64,000 nucleotides of DNA, taken from the IMG/VR virus record IMGVR_UViG_3300021431_000003, positions 1 through 64,000 of that record; one strand, given 5' to 3'. Below, in pieces: positions 1-9,375 of this stretch. Position 1 is the stretch's first letter. Each line of letters starts with the position of its first letter. The translations under genes and the position numbers were made by a program. This DNA is from a virus (lineage: Duplodnaviria; Caudoviricetes). The notes beneath the pieces were generated by a model. That model had not been told where the DNA came from and did no database searches. It worked only from the letters and a program-made list of their open reading frames with translations.

Positions 1-67
1 AATGGGATAACCTAAAGAAAGATGGTAAACATACACAAATTATTACTAATTAAGGAGGATTATCACT

Positions 68-598
68 ATGGAATCTACAATGAACGTTCAGGACCTGATT
101 AAGGACATTCATGACAATCTTAAACAGAAGTCTGCATCTAGACGTGACGAGGTAACTGTTATGAGAGCTATGCTTAACGACAAGGATTTTGTTGTTACAG
201 ATTATGCTACCAAGGAACAGCATTGTCCTGCAAGAGACTTCAGAGACATGACCGCTAATATCATCGCATCTACAACTAAGATGCCTAAGGTTGAAGCTCA
301 GTCTATTGCTGATAACTACGATGTTAAGAAGTCTGATGCAGAGACTATGGTTACTCTGTCTAAGGATTTCTTCAACTGCGCTCTTAGAACTGGAAGAAAG
401 ATTAATCTCGGTGCTACTGAGAAGTCTAATATTTCAATTCAAATTAAGGAGATTCCTGAATCTCAGAAGAAGTTCCCTATGAAGACTGGTGTAAATGATG
501 ATGGAACTCCTAGATATGAAAAGGCAGAAACCATCATTCCTGCACATGAAGGTCTTAAGGTCTCTTCTCCTTGCCCTAACTGGACTACACTTGACTGA
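68..598 (+). CDS. HU/IHF-like DNA-binding protein (divergent, N-terminally extended)
   Basis: C-terminal half RTGRKINLG...ISIQIKEIPESQKKFPMKTG...ETIIPAHEGLKVS follows the HU beta-arm pattern (GEKVQL..FEVRERAARKGRNPQTG..IEIPA.KVP.F); RBS aaggagg at 52-58. Confidence 0.55.
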   Translation: MESTMNVQDLIKDIHDNLKQKSASRRDEVTVMRAMLNDKDFVVTDYATKEQHCPARDFRDMTANIIASTTKMPKVEAQSIADNYDVKKSDAETMVTLSKDFFNCALRTGRKINLGATEKSNISIQIKEIPESQKKFPMKTGVNDDGTPRYEKAETIIPAHEGLKVSSPCPNWTTLD

Positions 599-599
599 T

Positions 600-854
600 A
601 TGAGTATTATGTCAGAAACGTATTATCTTGGTCACGATGATGAAATTCGTGACCAAGATATACTTGATAGAGTTGTAAGAGAATTATGTAAAGTTAATCT
701 TAATCCATCAGTTAGTGTTAACACTAAAAAAGAAAGTAGTAGCTATACTAGTGAGATAAAAATAACATATGATTCAGACGATATTAGTACTGATGATTAT
801 GATATGACAGTTGCTGTTAGTAATGCTATGAACTATTTTAGAGGAGGGACTTGA
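600..854 (+). CDS. Small hypothetical protein, tandem paralog copy 1
   Basis: ATG at 600 immediately after upstream stop; MSIMSETYYLGHD...NPSVSV...YTSEIKITYDSD is nearly identical to the next ORF. Confidence 0.7.
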   Translation: MSIMSETYYLGHDDEIRDQDILDRVVRELCKVNLNPSVSVNTKKESSSYTSEIKITYDSDDISTDDYDMTVAVSNAMNYFRGGT

Positions 855-859
855 CTGAT

Positions 860-1132
860 ATGAGTATTATGACAAAAACGTATTATTTTGGTCATGATAT
901 TGTAATTCCTGACCAAGATATACTTAATAGCGTTATGAGAGAATTATCAAAAGATATTCTCAATCCATCAGTCAGTGTTAGTACTAAAAAAGAAGATTAT
1001 CGATTACATGAAGGAAAAGACCGTTATACTAGCGAGATAAAAATAACATATGATTCAGATAACGTTACTTCTGATGATTATGATATGTCAGCTGCTATCA
1101 GAAATGCTGCGCTTGTTTTATTTATTAAATAA
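860..1132 (+). CDS. Small hypothetical protein, tandem paralog copy 2
   Basis: MSIMTKTYYFGHD...NPSVSV...YTSEIKITYDSD; ggaggg RBS upstream. Confidence 0.75.
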   Translation: MSIMTKTYYFGHDIVIPDQDILNSVMRELSKDILNPSVSVSTKKEDYRLHEGKDRYTSEIKITYDSDNVTSDDYDMSAAIRNAALVLFIK

Positions 1133-1145
1133 GGAGGAAACTACA

Positions 1146-1406
1146 ATGGTTCTTAAAGATACTGTCAATATGATGACAAGTGAAGATTACAAGGAAAGAT
1201 TTAAGGCTGAATACTATCAGCTTAAGGTACGTATCGACGGACTTGAGAAGATGCTTAAGTCTTGGGATGAAGGAACACTGACTTTCAAGCCTACTTGTCC
1301 TAGAAAGCTATACGATGACCAGCTTAAGGCTATGCGTGATTATATCGGTATTCTTATCATTCGCTCTCAGATGGAAGGAATTGAAGAAATTGACTTTAGT
1401 GCTTAA
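1146..1406 (+). CDS. crAss001_48-related small phage protein
   Basis: MVLKDTVNMMTSEDYKERFKAEYYQLKVR...FKPTCPRKLY..QL.AM..Y matches the recognisable pattern of this family; RBS aaggagg at 1131. Confidence 0.7.
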   Translation: MVLKDTVNMMTSEDYKERFKAEYYQLKVRIDGLEKMLKSWDEGTLTFKPTCPRKLYDDQLKAMRDYIGILIIRSQMEGIEEIDFSA

Positions 1407-1668
1407 TCTCAATAGGCTTAAACCATCTATTAATACAGCTATGGATATCATGGATATCTATAAAAAGAAATTCAAAGAATATGAAATCAAAAGTGCTAAT
1501 ATTACATTAGCAGGTAATGATATTAATATCTTTGTAGATGATGCTGAAGGAGATGCTGATACTGTAGGTTCTTGCTTACAAGAAGCATTAAAAGAAGCTA
1601 CATATTATGCAATGAGGATTTCTTTGACATGTTTAATGACAGATTATCCTATTATTGAAGTAAAGTAA
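1399..1668 (+). CDS. Hypothetical protein
   Basis: Open frame; GTG at 1399 overlaps the upstream stop (start uncertain, alternative ATG at 1441); followed by terminator. Confidence 0.55.
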   Translation: MLNLNRLKPSINTAMDIMDIYKKKFKEYEIKSANITLAGNDINIFVDDAEGDADTVGSCLQEALKEATYYAMRISLTCLMTDYPIIEVK

Positions 1669-1673
1669 ACAAA

Positions 1674-1704
1674 TCCCCACTGGTCAATCCAGTGGGGACT
1701 TTTC
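1674..1704. terminator. Intrinsic terminator between convergent genes
   Basis: tccccactgg-tcaat-ccagtgggga hairpin followed by a T-run. Confidence 0.8.
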
Positions 1705-1705
1705 T

Positions 1706-2587
1706 TTAGAATAACAAATTGTAAGATTCAGTTACAGGAGGCTCCATAGGAGGGGTAACTGTATCATCAGTAATCAACTTCTTACGAAGAATAAAGTTAC
1801 ACTGTTTATTAAGATATGTCAGTTCTTCATCAAGTGTAGACTGAATATCAGTTCTATCATTACCTGCACATTCTCTAGCACACTTAATATAATCAATAGC
1901 TTTATTGAAATTATCAGTCATTCTAGAGATTGCCTTATCAAAAGTATAATTCTCTTCTGATTCAACTTCGATATCTTCTACATGTTCTTTAGCACGAGTA
2001 GGATTATCAAGTTTTACTCCAGAATATTCTGCTGCAAGTTCAAAGTATTGGTCAGATTTCCCATTAAAGTGATAATAGTACTCTTCACTTGCTCTATGGA
2101 TTTCTTCAAACTTCTTACCTGCACAGTTAAGATGGATGTGTTTCATATTATTAGAAATTACGGTATAGAGATATCCTAGCTTAGCAAGCTTCTCGTAAAT
2201 ACCGCCGTCACAACAACTATCTTCATCTCCACCCTTAACAACAATAAGAGTATTATAATCATCAGAAGAATCGTCTGCTACTGGTTCATCATCATCTGCA
2301 GATAAGTCTCCAATATCGTCATCCATTAAGTCGTTGTATTCATCATCAGATGAATCGCTATCAGTGTCATCAGATAACTCAGAATCAACATTATCGTCCA
2401 TAAGGTCGTTATATTCAGAATCATCTTCATCAGAGGACTTATCATCCTTTTCTTTTTTGTCTTCTTCTTTAGATTCTGATTCTTTCTTCTCGTCGTCCTT
2501 CTTGTCTTCATCTTTCTTTTCATCTTCTTCCTTCTTAGCTTCATCATCAGCTTCCAGTAAGAAGAAATCGTTTACATTGAAGTCCAT
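1706..2587 (-). CDS. Dps/ferritin-like protein with long acidic N-terminal extension
   Basis: HLNCAGKKFEEIH...EEYY...DQYFE = Dps H-x11-H and D-x3-E ferroxidase ligands; first ~115 aa are Asp/Glu/Lys low complexity. Confidence 0.7.
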   Translation of the reverse strand: MDFNVNDFFLLEADDEAKKEEDEKKDEDKKDDEKKESESKEEDKKEKDDKSSDEDDSEYNDLMDDNVDSELSDDTDSDSSDDEYNDLMDDDIGDLSADDDEPVADDSSDDYNTLIVVKGGDEDSCCDGGIYEKLAKLGYLYTVISNNMKHIHLNCAGKKFEEIHRASEEYYYHFNGKSDQYFELAAEYSGVKLDNPTRAKEHVEDIEVESEENYTFDKAISRMTDNFNKAIDYIKCARECAGNDRTDIQSTLDEELTYLNKQCNFILRKKLITDDTVTPPMEPPVTESYNLLF

Positions 2588-2600
2588 AATAAAAACCTCC

Positions 2601-4010
2601 TTATATAATTTTTATATCAGATATATTAGCAGATTCTTTAAGACTAGGAGTCATCTGCTGTACACCCTTATCTAAATTAAAGATAGAACGGAATGTCCTA
2701 TATTTAAATCCACCGTTTGCCGAAGCATAGATACATTTATCATAGAATACTTTAAGAGCTTCTGGGTCTTTTACATCACTGGCTTTCTTAAAGTAATCAT
2801 CCATTTCTTTTTCAACACTAGAAATTTCTTTTGCTAATTGAGCTCTCAACTTAGGAGACAAAGATGGGTCATTTAAATCTGTTTTCATACTATTGATAAC
2901 AGACTTACATCTTGTAGATGTACCTGGATGTACATCTCCGATATCAATTAACATCTGGGCTGGCATAAGTAAAAAGTTATAAATATGACCAATTACTGGA
3001 ATCTTACCAGCACCTTCTACTAATGGACCAAATGGACTAGGACTCTTAAGCTCACTAGATACTCTAGATACACCGAAACCATAATAAGTTGGGAAGTTAT
3101 CTGCCATTTGTTCTCCAGCATAACCATATGTATGAGAGAACAAACCAATCAGCGAACTAAACGAATTAAATAAACTCATTGCTCCACTAGCTAATCCTAA
3201 GATAGGTGCCAACGGTAACATAATAACCGCAGTAGCAATGTTTCTCGGAACTTTAAGAATACCAGAAATAAAGTTAAAATAAGAATACAAATTATTTCTA
3301 GTTGTGTCTTCAGTAAGTTTATTAAATAGCTTACTCAAACCTCTATGTGTTCCTTGTGTAGATAATACAATAGTCTCTATATCTGTAATAATTCCAGTAG
3401 GATTCATATAGTATAGATTAATAAAGATATCTAAAATAAGAGAATATACTAGAACAATGCTTCTTACAAAAGACATATTGAGCATATCGCCATTTAAAAA
3501 TGCTTGGAAGTTATGTCCTACTTCATGCATCACTATAGAGAATGCTTCTTCATTAGAAAGATTTGCATCGAATAGCATTTGAGCATAAGAAATAATAATA
3601 CAACTAGCACGTGCATCTTTACTAAAGTGATATCCTTCTTTATCCATATATACCCAGTTTTTGATATCATGTTTAGATGGTATACCATTCTGCCAAAATG
3701 TAATTGGTATAGTCATCATATTTACTTCAAGAGTATTTCTGACAATAAAAGAGAAAGATTCGAATCCAAATTGTCTTTCCATCTCTTCACAGAATATCTT
3801 TAAATCTTTATCATGGTCTACATCTATATACTTAATTCCTCTTAAAAAGGATTCATCTGTATACTTCTCTCTAAAGTCACAGAATACATTGAAGCATCTG
3901 TTAATTCCAGAGGTACGACCGAAGTATACTTCATTAACAGCTTGTATAAAAGCTTGGTCAGACTTTTGCTCTAATAAAGCTCTATCTGCATATATACCCA
4001 ACTTATACAC
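2601..4010 (-). CDS. Zinc metalloprotease (M48/HtpX-like zincin) with hydrophobic segments
   Basis: HEVGH, downstream EQMADNF and HPGTSTR motifs in M48 order. Confidence 0.7.
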   Translation of the reverse strand: MYKLGIYADRALLEQKSDQAFIQAVNEVYFGRTSGINRCFNVFCDFREKYTDESFLRGIKYIDVDHDKDLKIFCEEMERQFGFESFSFIVRNTLEVNMMTIPITFWQNGIPSKHDIKNWVYMDKEGYHFSKDARASCIIISYAQMLFDANLSNEEAFSIVMHEVGHNFQAFLNGDMLNMSFVRSIVLVYSLILDIFINLYYMNPTGIITDIETIVLSTQGTHRGLSKLFNKLTEDTTRNNLYSYFNFISGILKVPRNIATAVIMLPLAPILGLASGAMSLFNSFSSLIGLFSHTYGYAGEQMADNFPTYYGFGVSRVSSELKSPSPFGPLVEGAGKIPVIGHIYNFLLMPAQMLIDIGDVHPGTSTRCKSVINSMKTDLNDPSLSPKLRAQLAKEISSVEKEMDDYFKKASDVKDPEALKVFYDKCIYASANGGFKYRTFRSIFNLDKGVQQMTPSLKESANISDIKII

Positions 4011-4011
4011 C

Positions 4012-5220
4012 TCACTTATTAGATTGATTGATTACTAGAACAAAATATGTTAAAACTGCTCTGTTATAACTATTCTTTGTCGCTTCTCTACTCTTACGAC
4101 GATTATATGCAATACTATTCTCACACAAGAATGTATCTACAATTTCATTCTGCCGTAGAATATCTTTATCTTTTGTATTAGGCTTAGCTTTAATAGAGAA
4201 AGAAATAAACTCAATATCTCTTACATCTTTATTCTTACTAGCCTTAAAATAGTTTGCTGTAATAAGAGCAATTAACTCTCTTACAGTATCTATATTATCA
4301 GTATTCTTAACAATACTTTCAATGATAGATTTAATTTCTTCTGTCTTTACATTACTATCACTACACATCTTACATAGACGATAATCTACATCATGTGTAG
4401 TAATCCATGTCATTGCACGATTTGTAACAGCCTCAATCTTAGTGCTATCATTCTCAGTAAGTCTAAAGTTATCTTCAGACATATCATCACTATCATATGT
4501 GAGATATTCACGATTTTTATAACACTTATAATAGATTTCTGCTGTATTCTGAATAAACGACTTAATACGCATATGTAACTGTTGAATCACATACACATAT
4601 TCTTCATCATCTGTAACTCCCTTGAACTTATCCTTATATGCATCAACCCATGTAGCACCAATGGATTGAATGGTTCCAATTACAGAACCTGTTCTTTTTA
4701 AATCAAACTTATTAGATAATTCATTATTAACTACATAGTCACATACGAATCTATAATCTGCTGGTACTGCAGTAGGATAAGAGCCATAGTGAATAGATGG
4801 ATAAAATCCACCCGAGAAAGACATGTATATAATTGCTACATCAAGATTCTTCTTATCATTCTTAGATAGAAAATACTTGATAATAGTAATACATAGTACA
4901 GTTACTGGACTTTTAGCAGTACGTGGATTAAAGTTTGGAATTTGAGAATAGTAAGTTTTATTAATAATTTCTTGTAATTCCCTTTCTGATTTACCAAAAA
5001 CAGCATATAACTCATCTGCATCTTGTTGTCCATAAGTACAACGAGTTGCAGGGAAAGTATCATAGAGAGATGTAGACCTAGCATTCATAAACTTAGACAT
5101 GAGTGCTTTATACTTGTTTAATGACTTAGACAATACACCATGTACGATAGGATATATCTCTTTATCAATAACCTCAGTAATTTTCAAATTATTAGCGTTA
5201 TTAGCCATGTTAGGAATCAT
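4012..5220 (-). CDS. Hypothetical protein (late operon, probably virion-associated)
   Basis: 402-aa ORF, RBS aaaggag, late promoter motif at 5229-5242. Confidence 0.6.
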   Translation of the reverse strand: MIPNMANNANNLKITEVIDKEIYPIVHGVLSKSLNKYKALMSKFMNARSTSLYDTFPATRCTYGQQDADELYAVFGKSERELQEIINKTYYSQIPNFNPRTAKSPVTVLCITIIKYFLSKNDKKNLDVAIIYMSFSGGFYPSIHYGSYPTAVPADYRFVCDYVVNNELSNKFDLKRTGSVIGTIQSIGATWVDAYKDKFKGVTDDEEYVYVIQQLHMRIKSFIQNTAEIYYKCYKNREYLTYDSDDMSEDNFRLTENDSTKIEAVTNRAMTWITTHDVDYRLCKMCSDSNVKTEEIKSIIESIVKNTDNIDTVRELIALITANYFKASKNKDVRDIEFISFSIKAKPNTKDKDILRQNEIVDTFLCENSIAYNRRKSREATKNSYNRAVLTYFVLVINQSNK

Positions 5221-5251
5221 CTCCTTTCATTACTAAAAAGTTGTGCTAGTG

Positions 5252-5294
5252 AGACAAAAAAGAAACGCCTATCTCCCGACAGTCGTTTCTTTTT
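5252..5294 (-). terminator. GGGA-tetraloop terminator, copy 1 of a duplicated element
   Basis: Minus strand aaagaaacg-a-ctgtc-ggga-gatag-g-cgtttctttttt; near-identical copy at 6784-6827. Confidence 0.75.
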
Positions 5295-5325
5295 ATCAGA
5301 TTAGCAGCAACAAACAGTTAATCTA

Positions 5326-5772
5326 TTACTCTTTTATCTGTAACAGAAAATAGTAATAGCTACTAACATTATACATATCTCCAATACATCTTGAAGCCTT
5401 AGAACGTAAAAATCGTTTAAAAATTTGTTCGATTCGCCCAACAGTTAATGGGAGATTCAATTCCCGTTTTACCTTTGTCACTTTACCACCAGTCTCAATT
5501 AATGTCAGAAGCATTTTCTTATATAACTCCTGATTATCAATTTTTCTGCCGACTTTTTCTGATGATACCGTTTTGAAGATCTTGTATACATATTTCGCAG
5601 CAGACTCTTCAATAATCTGCATTGAAATTTCTTTCGCGTAGTTGATGTCGAACTCCACATCATCAACCTCAGGATCAAAATCCTCTCTGGTTGTTGTGAG
5701 AGTCGTTATCTCGTTTTGAATCCTTTTAAATTCAGATTCAGGTGTTGCACTTACTAAAGATATTATTGTCAT
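5326..5772 (-). CDS. Hypothetical early protein
   Basis: 148 aa, RBS ggagg, own early-type promoter (5821-5836) and terminator. Confidence 0.65.
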   Translation of the reverse strand: MTIISLVSATPESEFKRIQNEITTLTTTREDFDPEVDDVEFDINYAKEISMQIIEESAAKYVYKIFKTVSSEKVGRKIDNQELYKKMLLTLIETGGKVTKVKRELNLPLTVGRIEQIFKRFLRSKASRCIGDMYNVSSYYYFLLQIKE

Positions 5773-5820
5773 AATAACCTCCAGAGGCTCATATCGTTTA
5801 AAAGCTCTTGCTTACCTCTA

Positions 5821-5836
5821 CACATTAATAATATAT
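5821..5836 (-). promoter_or_regulatory. Early-type promoter motif TATATTATT-N-GTG
   Basis: atatattattaatgtg on minus strand; one of about 9 copies upstream of gene starts. Confidence 0.65.
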
Positions 5837-5876
5837 AAAAGAAATCTGGGATGCTATATAGCATCCCAGATATATA

Positions 5877-6737
5877 TTAACCATTCCAAGCGTATCGCAT
5901 AATCTCATCTTGAATATACTGCTCAAGATTAACAAGAATCTTATCTCCGCTAGCAAGAGTCAATTGAACCTTCTTGCCATCATTTACAATGATTGCAGAT
6001 TCATATAATGTTTCAAAGTTATTAAGGATACTCTTTACATTAGCAGACTCTTGTTTAATATAGTCTACTACTTGCTGATTTACAATTGGAAGAATAACGC
6101 CTTCATTTAGTGCTTTAGTACCGTTAAATTTATCATATTGTGACATATCATATCCACAAGATTCTAATACAGCAGCTTCATTCTTAGATGTTATTAATCC
6201 CTGTGTATATGCTCTCTTATGACTAGGGAAGATAACTCTATCCCATGTAATGATTCTGATATTTCTTACATAACACTTACCATTTCTTTCTCTATCTACA
6301 CTACCTAATGCACGAAGAGAAAAAGAAGGTCTTTCTCCATCTAATAAGTCAGCATTAAATGCTTTACCATATTCATTATTAGTACCACAGAAATTTGCGT
6401 GAATATCGTTACCTTCAATCCAGATTTTCTTATATTTTACAGAGCATAATTTAGGGTCAATTACTGATTGAATAGATAATTCTGTAGACGAAGGGTGTCC
6501 GTCATGGCCTTTCATATTGCCTGTTGGAATTAATTCCTTTTGAATACGGTCACCTTCAACTTCTGGTTTCATATCTTTAAGTTCATAAATACGACCATTA
6601 CGATTTTCATGAGATTCGCCTAAATCTTGTATAATACCAGTAGCAGTAACTTTATCATTCTTTTCAGCAATAATAGTTACTTCTGGAACTTCATGGCTAG
6701 ATTCTAAGATAATATTACCAATAACTTGATTATTCAT
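5877..6737 (-). CDS. Prohead (capsid maturation) protease, T4 gp21-like
   Basis: NRNGRIY, GHDGHP (catalytic His), SFSLRALGS (catalytic Ser region), TWDRVIFPSH..AY. Confidence 0.85.
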   Translation of the reverse strand: MNNQVIGNIILESSHEVPEVTIIAEKNDKVTATGIIQDLGESHENRNGRIYELKDMKPEVEGDRIQKELIPTGNMKGHDGHPSSTELSIQSVIDPKLCSVKYKKIWIEGNDIHANFCGTNNEYGKAFNADLLDGERPSFSLRALGSVDRERNGKCYVRNIRIITWDRVIFPSHKRAYTQGLITSKNEAAVLESCGYDMSQYDKFNGTKALNEGVILPIVNQQVVDYIKQESANVKSILNNFETLYESAIIVNDGKKVQLTLASGDKILVNLEQYIQDEIMRYAWNG

Positions 6738-6783
6738 AATACATATTACCTCCTTATATGGATTTATATTATAATGATGTTAA

Positions 6784-6827
6784 AGACAAAAAAGAAACGC
6801 CTGTCTCCCGACAGTCGTATTCTTTTT
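6784..6827 (-). terminator. GGGA-tetraloop terminator, copy 2
   Basis: agacaaaaaagaaacgcctgtctcccgacagtcgtattcttttt, nearly identical to 5252-5294. Confidence 0.75.
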
Positions 6828-6841
6828 AACCGTATGCCTCA

Positions 6842-7291
6842 TCAGACGTCGATACCATCTAGCGGGGTAAAATCGCAGAGATAACGTGCCTCATCAGGTA
6901 TATCTTCTCTGCGAAAGACCCTACAAGGTTGGTCATCGACATCTTGTTTTATTCTCCTTTCTTCTAAAAGCTGAGACTGGTAATCTCCTCTTAAAAAATC
7001 GAACACCAGTCTTCTACCACAAAACGAAACCAATAAATATATATATGGTTTCGTTCTATAGCAACGTAAAAAGTCTGTCATACAGAACGGCACCCACATC
7101 TTGCAGATCAGACCGTTGTTATCAATGTTCCAATAGTCTTTATAGACTTTCAGAACAATACCGCACGTGTCAGAGTAAACTTTGAATCGTGCGAATACGT
7201 CGGCTGGATAATAGGGATTAACTACCTTTTGAAATAGCATTGACTCTCTATAACAGCCACCTTTTTTATACTGTATAACTACAAGTTCCAT
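6842..7291 (-). CDS. Hypothetical early protein
   Basis: Start MELVVIQ at 7291 with aaaggagtgg RBS; early promoter at 7328-7344. Confidence 0.65.
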   Translation of the reverse strand: MELVVIQYKKGGCYRESMLFQKVVNPYYPADVFARFKVYSDTCGIVLKVYKDYWNIDNNGLICKMWVPFCMTDFLRCYRTKPYIYLLVSFCGRRLVFDFLRGDYQSQLLEERRIKQDVDDQPCRVFRREDIPDEARYLCDFTPLDGIDV

Positions 7292-7392
7292 ATTACCACT
7301 CCTTTCTAATATATGGTTTACAACTTGCACTATAATAATATACAATTTATCAGTACAACTTTTACATAATAACTAGAAAGGAGCGTAACATT

Positions 7393-8115
7393 ATGAATGC
7401 TCAAAGAAAAAAAGCTGAAGCTTTGATATATAAGTTTTTTGATGCAGCCGACCCAACAAAAGCTAATTCAAACTTTTATAAGGAAATGTTTGCCAAGATG
7501 TCGGACCAACAATTTATGGAGTTTTGTAAAAGACGATTACCATTCAGGCTCCAAACAACTGCATTTGAACGTGAGACCAATCCTAAGAAATGTATTGACG
7601 CTTTGAAAGCTATAAACGTTCCAGTGCTCGAAAAGGTTAGCTTTCCAAGTATCTATAGAAACAAAGACGGTGTGGCGGTAACCAACTCTAACGAGGCTAT
7701 GGTTGGATATCTTAATTTAAAGAAACTCAAACAAATGATTAGCAAGAAGAACGGTTTCGGTACAGATATTAATACACGTAACCCTAAAACGGGTACAATA
7801 GTAGGCTCAGCTCGTGGTGTTGAATCGGATCGTGAGTTAGAATCGCTTGTGTTGCAGAATATGAATGCTACTATAAAAGAATTTACTCGTGCTAAAGCAG
7901 ATGATATGGAAGCAAAAAATAAAATGTACAATCAGATTAATACAACTGGTCAAGTATCATTAAAAGACTTGGAAAGTGATAAATCTAACCAAGTTGCACG
8001 TAATACTGTAGATGTTTATTTGATTGGTAGTGGTATCATGAGTAATCTATTAGAACAAGACTATATGACACCATATACATTAAGCATGAAAAAGATGCGT
8101 ATAGACAAGAAATAA
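7393..8115 (+). CDS. Virion RNA polymerase beta subunit, C-terminal fragment
   Basis: VGYLNLKKLKQMISKK ~ RpoB VGYMYMLKL.H.V.DK; ESDRELESL ~ RFGEME.WAL; EFTRAKADD ~ EML.VKSDD; supplies the part missing from 27405-32651; late promoter at 7357. Confidence 0.75.
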   Translation: MNAQRKKAEALIYKFFDAADPTKANSNFYKEMFAKMSDQQFMEFCKRRLPFRLQTTAFERETNPKKCIDALKAINVPVLEKVSFPSIYRNKDGVAVTNSNEAMVGYLNLKKLKQMISKKNGFGTDINTRNPKTGTIVGSARGVESDRELESLVLQNMNATIKEFTRAKADDMEAKNKMYNQINTTGQVSLKDLESDKSNQVARNTVDVYLIGSGIMSNLLEQDYMTPYTLSMKKMRIDKK

Positions 8116-8143
8116 AGCGCTTGGGGCATAGCGCTTTATTTTC

Positions 8144-8530
8144 TTACTTGTTATTATCACCCACCTTTCTTGCTTTCAGGAGCATATCGAAACGACCTCT
8201 GAAAACAATGAACTCTTCATCCTCGAAGAATTCAATAGCACGAAATCTGTTTTTTCTCAGTTCCTGAAACAGACGCAGAAGTTTCCGTTCAACAGTATCG
8301 ACTACATCACCCTCAAACAAATAAGAATTGTTGTTGAATACAATCTCATTTGTTTGAGTAAAGATGTTCAAAGCATCAATCACTCTATTGTCCTTTACTT
8401 CGAACTCACAATTGTCTAGGATATACAAATCCACTGCGAGTCCAGTTGCAGCACAATGTGCTACATTGATATCAGCTATTGCAATTGCTGACATCATTTG
8501 TTGGTATGACAATAAGTTTTCAAATTGCAT
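8144..8530 (-). CDS. Hypothetical early protein
   Basis: Start MQFENLL at 8530 with ataggaggt RBS. Confidence 0.65.
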   Translation of the reverse strand: MQFENLLSYQQMMSAIAIADINVAHCAATGLAVDLYILDNCEFEVKDNRVIDALNIFTQTNEIVFNNNSYLFEGDVVDTVERKLLRLFQELRKNRFRAIEFFEDEEFIVFRGRFDMLLKARKVGDNNK

Positions 8531-8604
8531 AAAATTACCTCCTATTCTAATTCTAAAAACAAAGCGCCTTGCCCAAGGGCGCTTTGTTTTATTCTTGCGG
8601 CTTA

Positions 8605-9051
8605 TTATACGATAGCAATTTTCATGCCATCGTAGTTCCAACAGAACCCTTCGGCATCTTCATAAGAGATAACGTCCTCGTAAAAGCAGCCGTATTCTAC
8701 AACCACTTCTTTAAAGAAGCGCTGAATCTCAGAAAGAACTTGCTGCGGATTTCCGATGAAAGTATAAGTACGACTATACTTGTCGTCCTTATAGAGTTTG
8801 ATTGCCTTTTTACAAACAAACTTCTCAGCGGTCTGGATGAGCTGTTCGTAGAACTTGTTATCTACACGGGTTTTAACCGCCGTGTTATTGATAACAAGGG
8901 TACAGATAGCATCTCTCAGTTTGTAAGCAGCCTCTTCTGCAGCAGCATCTGCATTAATGTATTTTGTAAAAAGCCTATCATCACCAGTTGTATCGATGAT
9001 TATTCTTGCTGCTACATCGTTTGCGATAGCGTTGTTCATGTTCTTAGCCAT
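8605..9051 (-). CDS. Hypothetical early protein
   Basis: Start MAKNMNN at 9051 with aaggaggg RBS; early promoter at 9199-9215. Confidence 0.7.
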   Translation of the reverse strand: MAKNMNNAIANDVAARIIIDTTGDDRLFTKYINADAAAEEAAYKLRDAICTLVINNTAVKTRVDNKFYEQLIQTAEKFVCKKAIKLYKDDKYSRTYTFIGNPQQVLSEIQRFFKEVVVEYGCFYEDVISYEDAEGFCWNYDGMKIAIV

Positions 9052-9255
9052 AATAAAACCCTCCTTGGGTTGATGCAGCTTTATGCCGCTGGTGCTCTTG
9101 ATATTATCTCCACACCAAATATGTTGATTTTGGTTTCTCAGGAGCATAGCAAAACAGCAACCTGAGGAGTAGAGATTTGATTCTTATTATCTCTTACTCA
9201 CTTATATTATATACATATCAAATAGTAAACTTTTACAATCTCATAACATATAAAT

Positions 9256-9346
9256 AATCGTAGTGAAAAATATCATACATATTAAAACCTTCTATTCAAG
9301 TATTATCCACACATGCTGGTCATGTGTGGATAAATACTGTCCTTTG
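9256..9346 (+). ncRNA. Candidate small RNA (late promoter, anti-RBS segment, hairpin)
   Basis: AACA-tataaa-TAAT at 9245; no ORF; catacatattaaaaccttct is the complement of an RBS+ATG; 12-bp hairpin tatccacacatg/catgtgtggata. Confidence 0.45.
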
Positions 9347-9375
9347 AACTGTTTTATAAAGGAGGTCGTATTATT

